Positions 55,892 through 59,420 of a DNA stretch of 59,420 nt are shown here, piece after piece. Position 1 is the first letter of the stretch; each line of letters begins with the position of its first letter. Origin of the DNA: an uncultured Methanosarcinales archaeon. GTDB taxonomy: Archaea; Nanobdellota; Nanobdellia; Woesearchaeales; GW2011-AR4. Below the pieces are notes generated by a model. The model did not search any database, was not told the DNA's origin, and saw only the letters and a program-made list of their open reading frames with translations. The stretch spans positions 1 to 59,420 of the forward strand of contig CAYXZV010000005.1 in assembly GCA_964469645.1 (NCBI GenBank), read 5' to 3'. The position numbers and the translations under genes were made by a program.

Positions 55892-57589
55892 TTATTGAAC
55901 TTCTTTCGATTCTTTTTCTCCTTTTTCCTCACTACCATCTTCTGCACCTTCATCTTTTCCTATCTTCGCAAACTCTTCATCATATTCCAAATTCTTGGCT
56001 TCTATCTCTTCCAATGCGCCTCGCTTTTTCTCAAGAATTTCCGACAATAAACTTTCAATCTTTTTCTCATCCGCATCTTTCAATTTTAACAGTTCCTTTA
56101 ATGCATCTCCAACATGAGGTATGAACATCTTTATGTAATCTCTTTTCTTGCCTTCAAACTGAATGCGCCTCTTCTTGCCTACATAGCTAGCAAGCTTCCT
56201 GCCACAATCCTGCAAAGCCAATTTGATCTCTTTGACAATCTCAGGATAATGTGCTATAGCTTCCTTGCTCTCAGAAGTAAAAGGAACCCATACAGAAGCG
56301 ATATGGACAACTAAAGTTACAGGTCCTATAGGCAACGCTCCACGACTCTGGCTTAACCCATAATTTCTCCAAACAGTATTTATTACAGATCTAGTGACAG
56401 CACAAGCACCTTGTTGATACAATAAAGGAACCCTATTTGCATATCTTAAAAGATGCATGCTTTCTTCTGCATTTTGTTCACCACCATAAGCAATGCCTGC
56501 TTCAACAATAAATGGATTGCCTCTGTAAACGCTTGGAGGCCTTGTGATTGCAGCATAAAACTCTGCATTTATCTCTTTTTTCAAACCTTTTTCCAACAAT
56601 TCCTGGCCAATTGGGCTTATGCAATCAATTGGAGGAGAAATTATTTTTGTTTTTTTAATACCTTCAATTAATTTCTCTGCAATTTCTCTGGAAACATTTT
56701 TTGGTTTTGTATTCGGAAGTACAGCAGCATTCTCACAGATCTGCTTAGCAGTTCCCGAACCGACTCTTGAAAATTCGCTCGTCAAAAAACTTTGCAGTGT
56801 CCTTGCTTCTGTCATACTAAGCATAGACAACAAGACACCAATCTCTATGCCATACGGATGCGGTTTGATTTCAACAGCTTTCTTAGGCAGCTGTTCAGAA
56901 GCTTTTGCGAAAATTATCTGCTCAGCTTTTGGATTGGTATATATTAATGTAATATGTGGATTAACGATAGCAGTTTGTTTCAGATATTGATCAACACTTT
57001 GGTCGCCTTTCTGGTAACTTCCTTCTAAATCCATTTCTATTCTTGTTCCATGCTCTTTATTCCATTTGACAGTCTCCTCTTTTAAGATTTGAGGTTTGTT
57101 ATTCTGTGTATCGATATGCAGCTCATAGTATTGTGCATCATGTCTCTTGCTTATTCTGGATGTAATGCGAGCAGGCTTTCCTGTTGTTAATTGTGCATAC
57201 AAGACAGAAGCGCTTATTCCAATACCTTGTTGACCTCGCGATTGGGACAATTTGAAGAATTTGCTTCCATACAACAATTTTGCAAAAATATTCGGAATCT
57301 GTTTCTTGACAATCCCCGGACCATTGTCTTCGACAACAACCCTGAACTTATTTTCTGACAGCTCTATAAGCTCGACATTTATTTCTGGTAAAACATTAGC
57401 TTCCTCGCAAGCATCCAAAGAATTATCAACTGCTTCCTTGATTGTAGTCAACAATGATTTTCTGGGATTATCAAACCCAAGCAAATGCCTGTTCTTCTCG
57501 AAAAAACTGGCTACAGAAATCTCTCTTTGCTTCTTTGCCAACTCAATTGCTATCGGCAGTTCTTCTTTTTTAGATTCCTCTTTTGCCAT
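55892..57589 (-). CDS. top6B: DNA topoisomerase VI subunit B
   Basis: [39 protein letters not shown]. Confidence 0.97.
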   Translation of the reverse strand: MAKEESKKEELPIAIELAKKQREISVASFFEKNRHLLGFDNPRKSLLTTIKEAVDNSLDACEEANVLPEINVELIELSENKFRVVVEDNGPGIVKKQIPNIFAKLLYGSKFFKLSQSRGQQGIGISASVLYAQLTTGKPARITSRISKRHDAQYYELHIDTQNNKPQILKEETVKWNKEHGTRIEMDLEGSYQKGDQSVDQYLKQTAIVNPHITLIYTNPKAEQIIFAKASEQLPKKAVEIKPHPYGIEIGVLLSMLSMTEARTLQSFLTSEFSRVGSGTAKQICENAAVLPNTKPKNVSREIAEKLIEGIKKTKIISPPIDCISPIGQELLEKGLKKEINAEFYAAITRPPSVYRGNPFIVEAGIAYGGEQNAEESMHLLRYANRVPLLYQQGACAVTRSVINTVWRNYGLSQSRGALPIGPVTLVVHIASVWVPFTSESKEAIAHYPEIVKEIKLALQDCGRKLASYVGKKRRIQFEGKKRDYIKMFIPHVGDALKELLKLKDADEKKIESLLSEILEKKRGALEEIEAKNLEYDEEFAKIGKDEGAEDGSEEKGEKESKEVQ

Positions 57590-57699
57590 TTCCAAAAATT
57601 TAAGATAGAACTTGTTTAAATAATTAATTGTTTTGAAGAATTTATTTTTATTAGTTTTACTACAAAGGTTTAAAAGTTTCAACCTTTTACCAACTTTTT

Positions 57700-57915
57700 A
57701 TGGTTGACGTACATCCTCTGGCACAATTCGGATTATACGCTACATTTGGTTGGTATGCTGCAGACTATCTACAAGCTAAATTACAAACACCTTTAAGAGC
57801 TTCTATGATGGGGACAAGTGAGTTAGAAGAAAAGGTAGCGAGTTACACCCCACTTGGAAAATTTTTATTTCCATTTATTTATTTAGCATATAGAAATGAA
57901 TTAAAAGATAGATAG
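57700..57915 (+). CDS. Orphan small protein
   Basis: 71 aa; TTTAAA 26 nt upstream. Confidence 0.5.
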   Translation: MVDVHPLAQFGLYATFGWYAADYLQAKLQTPLRASMMGTSELEEKVASYTPLGKFLFPFIYLAYRNELKDR

Positions 57916-57967
57916 GTTTTTGACTTAATCTAAGACCAAAATTAAATTACAACCGCAAGATAATAAA

Positions 57968-58516
57968 TCAAACCATCTCCATCGCATTCTTCCTTTTCAT
58001 ATCTCTTCTTTTGTTCTCTAACCATTTATAGACGCTTGCATGCGTACTGCCCCTCAATAAAGCTTCAACAGCCCTTTTTGCAACAGCAGCCGATTCAGCA
58101 GTCCCGATGATGCAGATCGATTTTCCGTAAACAGAAATGTATGATTCAGAAAGCTCTTCTATAAGTTCTCTTGACCTTCCCTCTCTTCCAATGACCCTGC
58201 CTTTCAGCCTCAATAAAGTATTTTTTGATTTCCCTGTAAATTCTGTCAGATTGATATATTCAAAAACATAATCCTGTTTCAGCAATAATTTTGCAATGTC
58301 TGGATTGAAGCCGCGGCCTATAGCCCGCACTACCTCACGAGCAGTGTACAATCCTAAGGCATCCTTGCCATAAATGAATATATCCCCTTCCAAAGAATCA
58401 ACTTTTATCTGAGTTTTTGTATCAGATTCTATATTTTTCTTAACTTCACCTTTCTTTCCGATCAAAACCGCAACTCTCTCTTGCGGTATCTTTAGTTCAT
58501 ATGAATAGGAGGTCAT
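57968..58516 (-). CDS. KH-domain rRNA-processing protein (Dim2/Pno1-like)
   Basis: RVAVLIGKKG, AIGRGF, KGRVIGREG, RGSTH..VY. Confidence 0.93.
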   Translation of the reverse strand: MTSYSYELKIPQERVAVLIGKKGEVKKNIESDTKTQIKVDSLEGDIFIYGKDALGLYTAREVVRAIGRGFNPDIAKLLLKQDYVFEYINLTEFTGKSKNTLLRLKGRVIGREGRSRELIEELSESYISVYGKSICIIGTAESAAVAKRAVEALLRGSTHASVYKWLENKRRDMKRKNAMEMV

Positions 58517-58596
58517 AGTGAAAGTGAAATTATTAGTCATTATTAAAGGTTTTGGGATTTTTTAAATCAATATTAATGATTTTACACAATACACGT

Positions 58597-58630
58597 GCTT
58601 TTGTACATTAATACGAGTAAACTTTCATTC
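58597..58630 (+). repeat. 34-bp imperfect dispersed repeat, copy 2
   Basis: 27/34 identity to 51582-51615. Confidence 0.45.
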
Positions 58631-58672
58631 AACTCGAAAGTATTATAAATAAATCTATAATGGTTAAATTCT

Positions 58673-58966
58673 ATGGCTTCATTTCAAGCAATTGCAACAT
58701 TTTTTTCACAACTACGAGAAGCACGTGTAGAAGACCCAAATAGAAAACTACGTTGGGAAATAAACACAATCCCAGAGCCTGGACAAGAACGTGAAACACC
58801 TACACAAGGAGATGTGTTAGACTATTTAACACTTGTAGATGGGAGCAATGCAAGACGTCATGGATTATATATTCGAGCATCCCTATCATCATCTGAAGTT
58901 GATCAAATGAGAGAATCAACTGATTTGGGTTCAAGGGCCAATTACCTAGTTATGAAATTAGTCTAA
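58673..58966 (+). CDS. Orphan hypothetical protein
   Basis: 97 aa; TTATAAATA box upstream. Confidence 0.55.
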   Translation: MASFQAIATFFSQLREARVEDPNRKLRWEINTIPEPGQERETPTQGDVLDYLTLVDGSNARRHGLYIRASLSSSEVDQMRESTDLGSRANYLVMKLV

Positions 58967-59061
58967 AATTGACCTTAACAGTATATTCATTTATAGAGTT
59001 CTGAATTATAAAATATGTGAGAAAATCTTTATACGTGGTTATTGTGCAAAGCCAATCTTAA

Positions 59062-59147
59062 CGAAACCTTTAAACACCGGAAAATTCAAGAGAATTTTCT
59101 AGTTTAAAGGTCTTGGAAATTTCTCAGATTTCCAAAACCTTTAAATA
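59062..59147 (+). promoter_or_regulatory. Tandem BRE-TATA promoters of the rRNA gene
   Basis: CGAAACCTTTAAAC (TATA at 59069) and CAAAACCTTTAAATA (TATA at 59140), followed by a hairpin-rich leader. Confidence 0.6.
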
Positions 59148-59366
59148 CAACATATATTTACAATTGAGTTATCACCACCGACGATATTTTAGATATTCAA
59201 ATTCTAAAATTTAACATTGGATTTTCCAATTACGTGCTTGATATCTTTATTGAGTATGTTTAGTTTTGTAATATTGCGACCAATACAAAAGCGTAAAGCA
59301 AATCCTAAGGATCTTAAAACAGAAATTCTGTTGTATTCAGCGAACTGAATGCTCTGGATTTTGAAA

Positions 59367-59420
59367 AATCCTGTTGATCCTGCGGGAGGTTGCTGCTATT
59401 GGGATTCGACTAAGCCATGC
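59367..59420 (+). rRNA. rrs: 16S rRNA 5' end (cut by window edge)
   Basis: AATCCTGTTGATCCTGCGGGAGG...GCTATT...CGACTAAGCCATGC matches the archaeal SSU 5' consensus. Confidence 0.92.

Noticed and set aside
58967-59366. Protein-coding or IS remnant before the window end
   Set aside because: No sustained ORF; better explained as rRNA promoters and leader hairpins
1-59420. CRISPR array, cas genes, integrase or transposase
   Set aside because: I saw no regularly spaced repeat-spacer array and no recognisable recombinase motifs

Overview
Housekeeping-rich, AT-rich window from an archaeon of the DPANN radiation, most likely Woesearchaeota-like. The assignment is inferred from archaeal ribosomal proteins, aEF-2, TFE, Topo VI, proteasome beta and an archaeal 16S 5' end, alongside bacterial-type GAPDH, Adk, PolX and CspA. 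The window holds about 70 CDS, 4 tRNA genes and the first ~54 nt of 16S rRNA. I found no CRISPR array or transposase. Main findings: (1) a tRNA-Asn(GUU) gene that only assembles after removing three BHB-type introns (30/31, 37/38, 43/44), with overlapping motifs that imply ordered splicing; (2) a family of three dispersed 70-100 bp palindromic elements, each abutting a TATA box (tRNA-Asn, ftsZ, upstream of tfe); (3) an AbrB-like/TRASH-like/micro-ORF operon preceded by two triplets of 12-bp-period direct repeats, whose motif also occurs once at the ftsZ promoter; (4) an FHA-metacaspase fusion; (5) a free-standing LAGLIDADG-HTH gene with a highly structured leader; (6) a headless Hel308, a shortened Dph2 and a head-to-head junction of two truncated surface-protein genes; (7) Asn-rich insertions in several core enzymes. 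All calls were made by eye from motifs; no database search or folding program was run.
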